Positions 12,620-24,136 of a stretch of 64,000 bases of DNA are shown piece by piece (position 1 is the first letter of the stretch; each line of letters starts with the position of its first letter). Source of the stretch: Eledone cirrhosa. Taxonomy: Eukaryota. The stretch covers positions 29,822,001-29,886,000 of the forward strand of contig OZ024755.1 of assembly GCA_964016885.1 (NCBI GenBank). The letters run 5' to 3'. A model generated the notes under the pieces. It made no database searches. It had not been told where the DNA came from and saw only the letters and a program-made list of their open reading frames with translations. A program made the translations under genes and the position numbers.

Positions 12620-12905
12620 AATTGTTGCTGTTATTGTTGTGGTGGTGATGATAGTGCTTGTGGTGGGAGGTGTTAGTGATGCTGGTGGTGCTGGTTTTGT
12701 TGGTGGCGGTACTGGGGGGTGGGGGGGATGATGATGCTGGTGCTCGTGTTGGTGGGGGGTGCTGGTGGTACTGGTGGTGGGAGTGAAGGTGATGGTGGCG
12801 GTTGGTGTAGTGGTAGTGGTCGTCGTGCTTGTGGTGATGGTGGTCTTGGTCATGTTGATAGTACTGTTGGGGTTTGGGTTGTTGGTGTTGGTCATGGTGC
12901 TGGTG
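12620..12905. repeat. Degenerate (GGT/TGT)n low-complexity tract
   Basis: Imperfect trinucleotide repeats; gives poly-T/V/G ORFs. Confidence 0.85.
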
Positions 12906-13522
12906 TGTTTGTATATTTTAGTAAGATATCTAACGACCCATGCAAAAATCTTTATTTGTTAATCTAATATATTCCGTCATTTTTCTTCTTTATTCATTCA
13001 TCATTTCTTTCTGCAGTTTCCACAAGTCACCATTTTCAATTATGAAGGCAAATGTTTATATAGAAGACGACGATAGATGCAGTTGAATTTAAGCAGCTTT
13101 TTTTTTTTTCAAGCTTCCTATTACTGAAAATAACCATAAAGAGGAGGTTTACAGAAAGCAGTATTTTGGAGAGAAACTGCCCAGCAACGAATATTCAGCA
13201 AACAGCGATCCAGGTCTTTTGTCCTTTTTGCCAAGATTCCATAAGGTCATTAATAGACTTTTACGGCAGAAATTCAATGGAAAAATATTCACAAGAACAC
13301 TAAAAAGGCTAATATTGTTGGTTCCAAATTTAATCACAATGCCAGCAATGTTGTTCAGAAGGAGGGGAGAATCGATTACTTCGATCCTGTTACCTGATTG
13401 GTACTTTATTTTTATAGAATTTGGTTGGAGGAAAAGAAAATTTTACCTCCTCGGGATATGAATTCAGAACGTAAAGAGCCGTTAACTAAATGCTGCAAAA
13501 CATTTTGTTCGATGCTCTAACG

Positions 13523-13806
13523 CAGTCACGGGCAACCTGCGGCCGCGAATCTTCCTGAATGGCTCACCTAAGTCACCTAAGTGAAATCTTTCTGATTTTT
13601 TTTAACCCAAACTTTTCAGCCGTAATTTATCTTTCAATCATTTTTACGATCGAGGAAAACAACGTGTACGCATTCTGAAGAAACAAATCAAAACAACCTG
13701 AGTTACCGCCCTTTTTTTAATGTGGGCACGAATGTAAATTAACGCTTGCGGCCCGCCTGATGATGAGCCATATCTCATGCGGCCCGCTTCTCAAAGAAAG
13801 TTGCCA
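13523..13806. mobile_element. Decayed hAT-like MITE inserted in an old SINE
   Basis: Left end CAGTCACGGGCAACCTGCGGCC, right end GCGGCCCG...AAAGTTGCC. SINE sequence lies immediately upstream (13340-13520). Confidence 0.55.
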
Positions 13807-13829
13807 TTCTAACACTATGAGAGATATTG

Positions 13830-13993
13830 ATAATAATTGTTTCTACTTTTGGCACAAGGCCAGCAATTATCCCAGTACATCACTGGTGCTATATTTTATC
13901 GATCCCGTAAGGATGAAAGGCAAAGTTAACCTCAGCAGGATTTTAACTCAGAACGTAAAGGGGCGTAACTATGCTGCAAAACATGGCGTCCGA
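13830..13993 (-). mobile_element. SINE family A
   Basis: Consensus match. Confidence 0.9.
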
Positions 13994-14107
13994 CATGGTG
14001 TCTATTTTAGACAAACATTCAGTAATTTAGAGGAAGTTGAAAGTTGATTAAATAGATGTCAGTTCTTGACTATTTTATTTTAGCGATCTAAAAATGATGA
14101 AAGATGA

Positions 14108-15033
14108 CACTAGGTCGATGTGTGTGGCGTGGTGGTACTGTGTAGGTCAATGTGTAGGTCAATGTGTAGGTCGATGTGTGTGGCGTGGTGGTAATGTGTA
14201 GGTAATGTGTAGGGCGTGCTGGTAATGTGTAGGTCAATGTGTGTGGCGTGTTGGTACTGTGTAGGTCGATGTGTAGGTCAATGTGTGTGGCGTGTTGGCA
14301 ATGTGTAGGTCAATGTATAGGTCAATGTGTAGGTCGATGTGTGTGGCGTGTTGGCAATGTGTAGGTCAATGTGTAGGTCAATGTGTAGGTCGATGTGTGT
14401 GGCGTGTTGGCAATGTGTAGGTCAATGTGTGTGGCGTGCTGGCAATGTGTAGGTCGATGTGTAGGGCGTGCTGGTACTGTGTAGGTCAATGTGTAGGTCG
14501 ATGTGTGTGGCGTGCTGGTAATGTGTTGGTAATGTGCTGGTAATGTGTAGGTCGATGTGTGTGGCGTGGTGGTAATGTGTTGGTAATGTGTAAGTCGATG
14601 CGTGTGGCGTGGTGGTAATGTGTAGGTCGATGTGTGTGGCGTGGTGGTAATGTGTAGGTCGATGTGTGTGGCGTGGTGGTAATGTGTAGGTCGATGTGTG
14701 TGGCGTGGTGGTAATGTGTAGGTCGATGTGTGTGGCGTGGTGGTAATGTGTAGGTCGATGTGTGTGGCGTGGTGGTAATGTGTAGGTAATGTGTAGATCG
14801 ATGTGTGTGGCGTGTTGCTAATGTGTAGGTCGATGTGTGTAGCGTGTTGCTAATGTGTAGGTCGATGTGTGTGGCGTGTTGCTAATGTGTAGGTCGATGT
14901 GTGTGGCGTGGTGGTAATGTGTAGGTCGATGCGTGTGGCGTGGTGGTAATGTGTAGGTCGATGTGTGGGGGCGTGTTGCTAATGTGTAGGTAATGTGTAG
15001 GTTGATGTGTGTAGCGTGTTGCTAATGTGTAGG
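14108..15033. repeat. GT-rich minisatellite with a 32-bp unit (TAATGTGTAGGTCGATGTGTGTGGCGTGGTGG) built from about 11-12-bp subunits
   Basis: Period 32 at 14616-14780. Variant units duplicate the ATGTGTAGGTC subunit. Confidence 0.93.
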
Positions 15034-15214
15034 CTAGAATGTCTAGCGGTATTTTCTCCGGTTCTTTTCGCTTTGAGTTCACATCTCACCAAAATCAACT
15101 TTGCCTCTCATCCTTTCTAGATCGATAAAATAAACAACCAGTCAAATACTAATTTCTCTCTCTCTCCTCATATATATATATTTAATTAGAAAGTGAACAA
15201 CACAATATAAACTA

Positions 15215-15282
15215 CTCCATTACCAAATGTTTCAGGACCCTAGACAGTATTAACATATGTCTAGTTCGTTCATCAGACAGAG
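15215..15282 (-). ncRNA. Type-I hammerhead motif in family P3 (element about 15182-15290)
   Basis: Minus strand: CTCTGT-CTGATGA-[ACGAA CTAGACA..TGTCTAG GGTCCT]-GAAAC-ATTTG-GTA-ATGGAG. 6-bp stem I (two G.U), canonical core, GUA site. Adjacent to (TA)n. Confidence 0.7.
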
Positions 15283-16247
15283 GGGTTATATACATAGAGC
15301 ATTCTTTTTTCCTTTGCTTTTTCTTCGGAAATACTTGACCTCTCTCTCTCTCTCTCAGAATTTGCAATATCCGACAAGATGGGGTTTCATAAAAAATGAA
15401 TCAATTAATTTATCAAAATAAAAGGATACCTAAAATATACAACGGGAAACCACATGTGTGTGTGTTCTTCTAAGAAGATTCCACTAAAAGCACTTTACTT
15501 GCCAAGAAAGTAATCCAAGGTGTTTCATTGATCTTATGAGTAACCAAACAGAGGGTCTCTGGCTAAATCATATTTTTATTTTTCGAGACAAGAGAAAGTT
15601 TTAATGCTGTAATCTTACAAGTATATACCTTTGAAGTCAATTACAACTACAAGATTTATCTAAATCAAATCATCTCTAAAAAAAATCTATAAATCAATAA
15701 ATAAAAAGGTGCTTCCTACGCATCAATTAATTAAACATAGTTGAGATCATTTTATCCCTATTAAGTCTAATTAATTGACACGTAGGGGCTTTAAGACATC
15801 GAAAAGGAATTATGTTGCCATTTTCATCTGAAACTAATCGGACAAACAAGGACATTTGTAAATTTAAAAGATGAAAGTTTAAACAAAGAAAACTTTTTAA
15901 AAATCAAACATGGAATGAATTTCGAGATAATGTTTTCTCTTTCTAATTTTCTTCATATTTTGCGTTTTGAAAAATCTTAATTTGTATTAATCACGTTATG
16001 ATGGCTTTGTTATGTTAATAATAATAATAATAATATTTGATGGATTAAAAATTTTAATTAACTATTTTCTGATATCTGTCGATAGTGAGTTTGGCAAAAC
16101 GCGATCAAAAACTTCAGTTGACATAACATAATGGAGCATATGGCTGACTGACATTTAGTATTTCGTGTTTGTCTTTCGATAGCTTCAGTTCAAATCATTT
16201 CAGTCGACATCGTCAAATGTTCTTGCATTTTTCAATACTATAAGTAG

Positions 16248-16561
16248 CTAGACAAAACGTGACGTTCACTTAAAAAATTTTTTTTTAAATCATGTACACT
16301 TAAAATAATTTTTACAGCTAGCTCGCTCTCTCTCTCTCTCGCTCTTTTTCAATCTACTCTCTCACAACTACTATCTCTCTCTCTATCGTTCTTTCTCTAT
16401 ATCTCGGGAAGCCGTGCTCCGATTTACGCGAAACTTGTTTTATTCCATGTGTATTCCGATTTCAGGGGCAACTTCCTTTCAAAGTATTTTCCCAGTATGC
16501 GCCGTTTTAGCTGTATTAAATAACAGACAAGACACAATCACAGAGTTTAGTGGTATATAGA
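16248..16561 (-). mobile_element. Non-autonomous Helitron-like element (family H1, deleted copy)
   Basis: Minus-strand 5' end A|TCTATATA and 3' end ...gtcacg...CTAG. Both ends are homologous to 40740-41436. Confidence 0.65.
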
Positions 16562-18228
16562 TAAATAGTGACAAATAATTTCTAACCAAGCAACATTTTC
16601 GCCGGCGGAGTTTAGAAGATTATATCAATCATATTACTTGACTGGTGTTTTATTTCATTGACTGCAACAGATCAGGGGCAAAGTTGAATTAAATGACAAA
16701 CCACATAGCGCATAATATTTTTCTGTCACTCTGCCGATTGTGAAAATCCTCCTCCTATTTCTATATTAGTAAAATACTGGTGTCGAGCTATGGACCAACA
16801 GGCTGTCCACTTCAGTAAAATCATATGAACTTGCCCCCAGAAAATTTATAGTTATATGGTAGATGTTGGAGAGTGCTCACAACTGGTCATTGTTGTTCTT
16901 GTTGCCATTTTTTTGTTGTTGTTGTTGTTGCTTAGATTTAAGCCAACGTTAATAGATAAAAAAAACTTTCTGCAGTGATCATCGCGTCGCTTTTGTGTAT
17001 GAAGGACTAGATTTTTCAACGTATGCTTTATTTTATAGATTATTTCGTCAAGACCTCTTTCTGAACAGCAAAAACTGTCGGAGGAAAGAGAGAGTGTTAT
17101 TCTTAGGCCGATAATTTTACCCTATTTTGCAATGGGGTGGACTTTTCGAAACGAATCCAATGACCAAGCATTGCTGTTGAACCAGATGAGTGATTAGGTT
17201 TACCACCCAAGAGATGGAACGATGTCTCAAACGCACGTCCACAGTTTTCGTCACCCAAATTCCACTCTTATAGCAATGGTCGATTGATACTATAGAAGAT
17301 GGTGCCACGTAGTTACGCAATTACTAACCTTACAGCCGTTTCTACGATCAATTATTAAAGACGTTAGTGTGTGATTTGAGAGTGATTTGTTTGTTATTTC
17401 TAGCAAAAGAACAACCATGTTTAGGCTCTCTTTGGCTCGTCTATAAAATTTTATACGCCATGAAAGTCATTTCTGTTATCATATCCGGTTGAAGTTACAA
17501 TGTTTACGATCACGATTTTGCGCATTCTGTTTAATCATACCAACTAAATTTGATAATTTGCTTCTAACGAAGAAATCAATAATTTTATGAGGGCTGTGTT
17601 GAAAACGTATATTCAAATCACGTCTTAATTATCAAGAAGGAGTTCTAATTTTCAGTTTATATGATGTGTTCAGGATGATATGAATTCGGTAGGTTTCCCA
17701 TTTTTTAAATTATATATGAATTTTATCTAATTTAATGGCGTGAATAATAATCAATATTATTGTTTCACGAATGAAATTAATAAAATAAATTTTGACAGTA
17801 ATAATACGGCTTCTCATTCTTCCGAGATATTAGAAACCATACAATTTGCACGTTTTTATTATTCCTTTCATTACATGGCGTCCTATAATTGTTGTGTAGA
17901 CGAACCTCTGCGCTACTCAACTAGTCATATGGCATGCTGTTAGTGGGACGAATATATTAACTAAACGAAATTTGCAGATTATCAGCCAGTGAAGGAATGA
18001 ATACAACCAGTTTCCATATCTCCATTCAATAGAAAGTCAATTAAAATAGATGTGAAGCTAGGTGTTACGTAGAAATAGAGACTGTAGTATATTTCACCGC
18101 TTTAAAACCGTTTGTTGCTCAAGAACAGATCTGAAATAAGAGAATATTTAAACTGCAACCATACTAAAAGACTGCATTCATATCAACCTCGGTACGTATA
18201 TTCGTCTGCTACTTACTTTATCGATCTC

Positions 18229-18668
18229 TATTTTATTTAAGAAATTTTAGCCTGATAGTTGGGTTTAAAAGCCTCTAAGAAATGGAAAAAGATGAGTATT
18301 TACGTACATGTACGTAAATACCCATCGTGGGTTGAATATGTCGGCCACACAAATGGGATATAGCGGTATTTGAACACAAGAATGCAAAGCTACAGTATGA
18401 GAAGAAGTGCCTTATGCTTCTTGCTTTGAGTTCAGTTCTTATTAATGTCAACTTAGCTTTTCATCCTTCTGGCATTGTTAAATATTGTGGGACTGTCTGA
18501 CTTGATTCTTTGCATTCTTGTGTTCAAACACCGCTGTATCCCATTTGTGTGGCGGACATATTCAACCCACGATGGGTATTGACGTACATGTACGTAAATA
18601 CTCATCCTTTTCCATTTCTTAGAGGCTTCTAAACCCAACTATCAGACTAAAATTTTTTAAATAAAATA
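18229..18668. mobile_element. MITE-like inverted repeat with 161-bp arms and a 118-bp spacer
   Basis: 18229-18389 is about 90% reverse-complementary to 18508-18668. A related single arm lies at 36387-36461. Confidence 0.8.
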
Positions 18669-19049
18669 CTGAACTCGGCGAAATTCAAGTAGAGAAAGGA
18701 AAGGGAAGTAACAACGAAAAGCAAAGCACTTTAGACAGACACTCTACTGATTATGCAAATCTACGATCCTCACTGCTGTATTAATAATTCAATACAATAC
18801 AAGCAAAACAATCAGTGGGATAATTTCCTTGGCAGCACATGAACTTATATTGGTGAGTAAACAAACGATTACAGAAACACTTACGTTGCCTACAAAATAT
18901 GTAATCGAAATACAACGAGGCTATTAATATAGGCAGTTAATATTTCACCTTGTAGCTGACAGCATTAGTAATTATATCGATTAGATTTCTTTCACACAAT
19001 CAATTGGCATACTTATTTTTCTGTGAATCGTTGTACATATGTGGACACG

Positions 19050-19470
19050 GAGCGAGGGAAAGAGGGAAGACAGCGAAGGAAAGGGGGAAGCGAGGGGGGG
19101 AAGAGAGCGCGGGGAAGAGAGCGAGGGGAAGAGAGAGAGGGGGGAGCGAGGGGGAGAGCGAGGAAGGGAGCGAGGGGAAGAGAGCGAGGGGGGAAGAGAG
19201 CGAGGGGGGAAGAGAGCGAGGGGGGAAGAGAGCAAGGGGGGAAGAGAGCGAGGGGGAGAATGAGGGGGGAGAGCGAGGGGGAGAATGAGGGGGGAGAGCG
19301 AGGGGGAGAATGAGGGGGGAGAGCGAGGGGGAAAGAGAGCAATGGCGGGGGAAAAGAGATAGACAGGGGAAACAGAGAAGGGAAAAGAGCAAAAGCGGAA
19401 GAGGAAGAGTTAAAGAGAAGGGAAAAGAGCAAAAGCGGAAGAGGAAGAGTTAAAGAGAGAGGGAGAAAGA
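19050..19470. repeat. G/A-rich minisatellite (GAGCGAGGGGGAAGA-like)
   Basis: Almost pure purine strand with recurring G4-G6 runs. Confidence 0.9.
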
Positions 19471-19832
19471 TACATACATAGAGAAAGAATAGATTTTGAC
19501 GGAAATAAAGACTAATCAATAAACGAGTGAAAGAAACAGAGCAACACACAGACAGACACACGTGCCTGAGTATATCAGGTGAATTGGCAGCAACATAAAG
19601 ATGTCAGATAGAACGATTTGCAGCGGTCACTTTGGAACTTTGTGCTCTGAGTTCAAATCCAGTTGCGGCAAAATTTGAATTATCAATTATCAATTCGAGG
19701 TCAATAAATATGAAACATTATTGGTCAATTATTCACCTATTCTCCTCTCTTTCTCTCTCCCTCTTACTCTCACACACACATTCTCACTCTCTTTTTCTCT
19801 GTGGTAGAAATTGGTTACAAACACACGCACAT

Positions 19833-20009
19833 TGCAGTATCAGTAGAGGGTTGGACGCCATGCTTTCTAGCATAGTTACGTCCCTTTATGGTTTGAGTTC
19901 AAATCCCGTCGAGGTTAACTTTGCCTTTCATCCTGACGGGGTCGATAAAATAAAGTACCAGTAATCTACTGGGTAATTGCTGGCCTTGTGCCAAAAGTAG
20001 AAACAATTA
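19833..20009 (+). mobile_element. SINE family A
   Basis: Consensus match. Confidence 0.9.
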
Positions 20010-20015
20010 TATATT

Positions 20016-20055
<40 letters not shown>

Positions 20056-20099
20056 AAATAAAATGGCATAGGCATTACAATACAACGGGAGGAAACATA

Positions 20100-20300
20100 A
20101 TAGTACCACTGATGATGTCACAGATGAGTGACGTTAGAACTTTGATGTATTTGTAACCGTTGGTCAATCAATGATAAACATTGATTGCCAGATAAATTAA
20201 CTATGGAGATATAAAAGATACAGAAGCGAAAACCAACCAAACAGTGAGTGTGTTCTGTTATTATTTCTGGCAATATTATAACAATATGACCCTCCCCAAG

Positions 20301-20305
<5 letters not shown>
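20100..20305 (+). mobile_element. Diverged relative of family P4 with a decayed hammerhead
   Basis: CTGATGA-T-GTCAC..GTGAC-GTTAGAACTTTGA (cf. CTGAAGA-G-GTCAC..GTGAC-GAAAGAACTTTGAC) and the tail atgaccctccccaagtataa, then (TA)n. Confidence 0.55.
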
Positions 20306-20342
<37 letters not shown>

Positions 20343-20345
<3 letters not shown>

Positions 20346-21020
20346 TAGCAACACAACAGTTAGTTCACCATACCGAGATCAATTGTTTCACCTTATGCGG
20401 ATCGTCAGCTCGGACTGGTCATTGTTATACGGAACAGGAAGAACAACCGCATGCGCAGGAACGGTCACTTCACCCAAGCGATACAAAACTACGGGCGAAA
20501 GGTGTAAGGGAGATAACTGCGAAAGTCTGGAAAAGATGTTCGAGTTGATTAGAAAATTAGAATCTTGTTGTTATTCAATCCGGAGCTTTGTAGTTATGTA
20601 AGAGGTGTTTCTAGACATGTGGACAACGCGAGAAGATTTCATTTCTTGAATTTAGGCAATCGCTATTGCGTAATTTCCTTAGAATATTTATCTATGACAC
20701 CCTCCTACTGTTTTTAGAAACTTCGTAAATAATATCAGTACGAGTATGTCTAACCTCTCCTCTAATAATGCTATCTTTGACAGAGCGGCACCCTACTATA
20801 ACACGGCGTTAGCTAACGGCGGCTTCTCGCAACCTATTACTTACTCCTCTACTAACAACAACAGCAATAAGAAAAGATATCGTAACAATAGATAAACTAT
20901 CTGGTTCTCTCCTCCCTTCTCTCCTCCTTCTCACGTTAAAACTAATGTATGAAAAAATGTTACTACTACCAATCTCGTCCCACTACGGATATTACCTTCC
21001 AGTGTTCTACCTTTCTCGAT
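20343..21020 (-). mobile_element. 5'-inverted Penelope-like (Neptune-type) retroelement remnant in (TA)n
   Basis: Minus strand about 20655-20575 reads LNSRNEIFSRCPHV*KHLLHNYK, like a PLE GIY-YIG C-terminus, followed by a hammerhead-like motif. Plus strand 20698-20960 reads HPPTVFRNFVNNISTSMSNLSSNNAIFDRAAPYYNTALANGGF...IWFSPPFS...VKTNV, like a PLE RT thumb/linker. TA runs flank both sides. Confidence 0.8.
20373..20413 (-). ncRNA. Hammerhead-like motif in the PLE 3' terminal repeat (cleavage triplet degenerate)
   Basis: CCGAG-CTGACGA-TCC(GCATAA)GGT-GAAA-CAATTG-AT-CTCGG. 5-bp stem I and palindromic stem III, but AT where UH is expected. Confidence 0.55.
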
Positions 21021-21514
21021 ATATATATATGAGAGAGGGGGAGATTATAGTAGAAATCGGTGAATTTGTGTAACAAGAAATCCAAGATTTTGTCAACATA
21101 CAGTGGTTTTTTACTCCACATACGAATTACTATTCATCGTTTATCCTTTATATGTCTAAATAAACCTTATGCGATGTATCTACTAAAAATAACAACCGAA
21201 TCTCTTTCAAATCATATTCTTCGGTCAACGACGAATTGAATACTATAGATTTCAGTAAGAAGCTTAGCCATGGATCAATTACGTTTCCATATATCTAATA
21301 CATAGCAAATATCTGGAGTAAAGAACAATCATAAATAGCAGAGATTCTGGAGGAGTGATTTTGATATTTGGCAACCATGCTGACATATCTGGACAAATGT
21401 CACGTGCGTAAGACCTCATCAGTGACATAGTATTGTAATAAATGTCAGTCATTCTAATGTCGAGACATTACAACGATTACTAGTTAATGGAAACTGTCAG
21501 CATTTATTTCAATA

Positions 21515-21543
21515 ACTATATATGTATATATGTGTGTGTGTAG

Positions 21544-21577
<34 letters not shown>

Positions 21578-22102
21578 ATATAGATAGATATATACATGTG
21601 GATGTGTGTGTGTGTGTTTGTGTGTACATGTATGTGTGCATATATAGATATATACATGTGGGTGAGTGTGTGTGTGTATGTACATGTATGTGTGAATATA
21701 TATAGATATATACATGTGGATGTGTGTGTGTGTTTGTGTGTACATGTATGTGTATATATAGATATATACACGTGGAAGTGTATGTGTATTTGTGCATGTA
21801 TGTATATATAGATATATACATGTGGGTGAGTGTGTATGTGTATGTGCATATATAAATATATACATGTTGGTGAGTGTTCATGTTTGTGTGTGTGCGTGTG
21901 TGTTTGTGTGTACGTGTGTGTATATATATAGATATATACATGTGGATGAATGTATGTGTGTGTGCGTGAATGTGTGTATATATACATGTGGGTGAGTGTG
22001 TGTTTGTGCATGTACGTGTATGTGTTTGTATATAGAGATATATACATGTGTGTGTGTTTGTGTGTTTGTACGTGTACGGATGTGTGTGTATATATAGATA
22101 TA

Positions 22103-22146
<44 letters not shown>

Positions 22147-22200
22147 CGTGCATGCGTGCGTGCGTGCCCGCCCGTGTGCGTGTATATGCGTATGTGTGTC
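21515..22200. repeat. Higher-order microsatellite repeat of about 60 bp
   Basis: TATATAGATATATACATGTG recurs about every 58-64 bp between TG runs. Confidence 0.9.
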
Positions 22201-22653
22201 GATGCTATGTACGACGGGGATTTTATTGTATATTCTAAAATTTGTAATATAAGCTAAACTTACGATATTAATCTCGTAGCATCAAGTGTAAACAAATTAA
22301 AACAAAAGCTTTTATCTCTCCAAAGCAAAAATGTTTGTTCATCGAAGAATAAACAGCCGTATTTTTGTCATTGGAGAGATTGAGAGGTTATCCCGTTAAT
22401 CAAACAACTAGGACTCTCTTTGTCAAAACCGACGGAGGTTCACTCCTTCATATATATATATGTGTGTGTGTGTGTGTAGTTTGGCTTGTTTTCAAAACAA
22501 CTACACGTCTTCTAGATTTATCTTAAATATTTTGATATATGAGAGGAATGTTCGGTAGATTGTTTAGAACAGTAAAATTCCCAAAATCTTCCTGTAAGGT
22601 GTTTCAACATTTGCAAATCTCACCTTTCTAAATTTTATTATTTATCTGCAGTA

Positions 22654-23359
22654 GGGCGGTGGATTGGCAGTATCGGTAGAGGGATGGACGCCATGTTTTG
22701 CAGCAAAGATTTACGGCCCTTTATGATCTGAGTTCAAATGCCACCGAGGTTAACTTTTCCTTTCATCCTTACGGGGTCGATAAAATAAAGTACCAGTAAT
22801 GTACTGGGTAATTGCTGGCCTTGTGCCAAAAAGTAGAAACAATTATTTACCTGAGTAGGGCGGTGGATTGGCAGAATTGGTAGAGGGATGGACGCCATGT
22901 TTTTTTTGCATAGAGTTACGGCCCTTTATGATCTGAGTTCAAATGCCGCCGAGGTTAACTTTGCCTTTCATCTTTACGGGGTCGATAAAATAAAGTACCA
23001 GTCACGCACTGGCATCGATTTAATCGACTTTCCCCTCCCCCAAAATTGCTGGCCTTGTCCCTATATAAGAAACCATTATTTACTTGCAGTGGATTGGCAG
23101 TATCGGTGGAGCGTCGGACATCATGCTTTTCAGCATAAATTTACGGCCCTTTACGTTCTGAGTTCAAATCCCGCCAAGGTTAGCTTTGCCTTTCATCCTT
23201 GCGGGTGGTGCATTACTGGTGCTTTATTTTATCGACCCCGTAAGGATGTAAGACAAAGTTAACCTCGGCGTGATTTGAACTCAGACGGTAAAGGGGCGTA
23301 ACTCTTTGCTGTAAAAGCATGGCGTCCGACCCTCTACCGATACTGCCAATCCGCCGTCC
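22654..23359. mobile_element. SINE family A array: three + copies, the last fused to a - copy
   Basis: + copies at about 22654-22846, 22858-23080 and 23089-23205; - copy at 23208-23359. Confidence 0.9.
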
Positions 23360-23659
23360 TTATAATGCCCCTTATGATTAATGAACAAAAGCAAGAGAGG
23401 GAGATAGATAATGAAAGTGTCAGATAAACATAATTTGTCATTAGTGAGCAAGATACGGGAAAGAATAAAATTTCAATCCTTTTTTATTTCAGCCAGATAT
23501 GTCAACATATAAAACGTATTTAAGATTGAGTAAGACTTCCTTGACTTCTAACTGGCCATATACCCTCAAAGTATTTTATCAAGAAAAGGTCTTATAGAAT
23601 CACATTGGTGTTTGTGTGTAGACTATTCGGAAAATGGAGAGCATTATTTGTCCTAATAG

Positions 23660-23853
23660 AGGGCGGTGGGTTGGCAGTATCGGTAGAGGGTCGGACGCCA
23701 TGCTTTGCAGCAAAGAGTTACGGCCCTTTATGATCTGAGTTCAAATCCAGCCGACGTTAACCTTGCCTTTCATCCTTACAGGGTCGATAAAATAAAGCAC
23801 CAGTAATACACTGGTATAATTGCTGGCCTTGTGCCAAAAGTAGAAACAATTAT
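23660..23853 (+). mobile_element. Full-length SINE family A with TSD
   Basis: Consensus match, flanked by ATTATTTGTCCTA on both sides. Confidence 0.93.
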
Positions 23854-23947
23854 TTGTCCTATTACACAAACTACACCTGAGAAAGCAAACATTTTCGAAG
23901 TGGTTTTTTAAAAGCAACTGAGACCTAGAGACGTAATTTGGAGGTTC

Positions 23948-24136
23948 CAGACCTGTCAACTCTCCCCGTCCGACGGGGAGTTCTCCCTCCCACATTCAGG
24001 TGGGTGAGAGATGTCTTCTCTTGTAAAAATGGCTTTAGCTTTCATTATGTAAAATCTCCCCATTTCTCCCTATTTTGAGGGCAACCTTTTTTTTCATGGT
24101 ACTTCCCGTTTGGGTTTTTAGAGATTGGCAGGTCTG
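23948..24136. mobile_element. MITE with CAGACCTG(T/C)CAA TIRs
   Basis: CAGACCTGTCAA / TTGGCAGGTCTG, flanked by the direct repeat AGGTTC. Confidence 0.8.

Noticed and set aside
12599-12967. Gly-rich or Thr/Pro-rich ORFs
   Set aside because: Trinucleotide low-complexity sequence with no domain or exon evidence.
17117-17320. 67-aa non-repetitive ORF on the minus strand
   Set aside because: No recognisable motif, and the length is compatible with chance.
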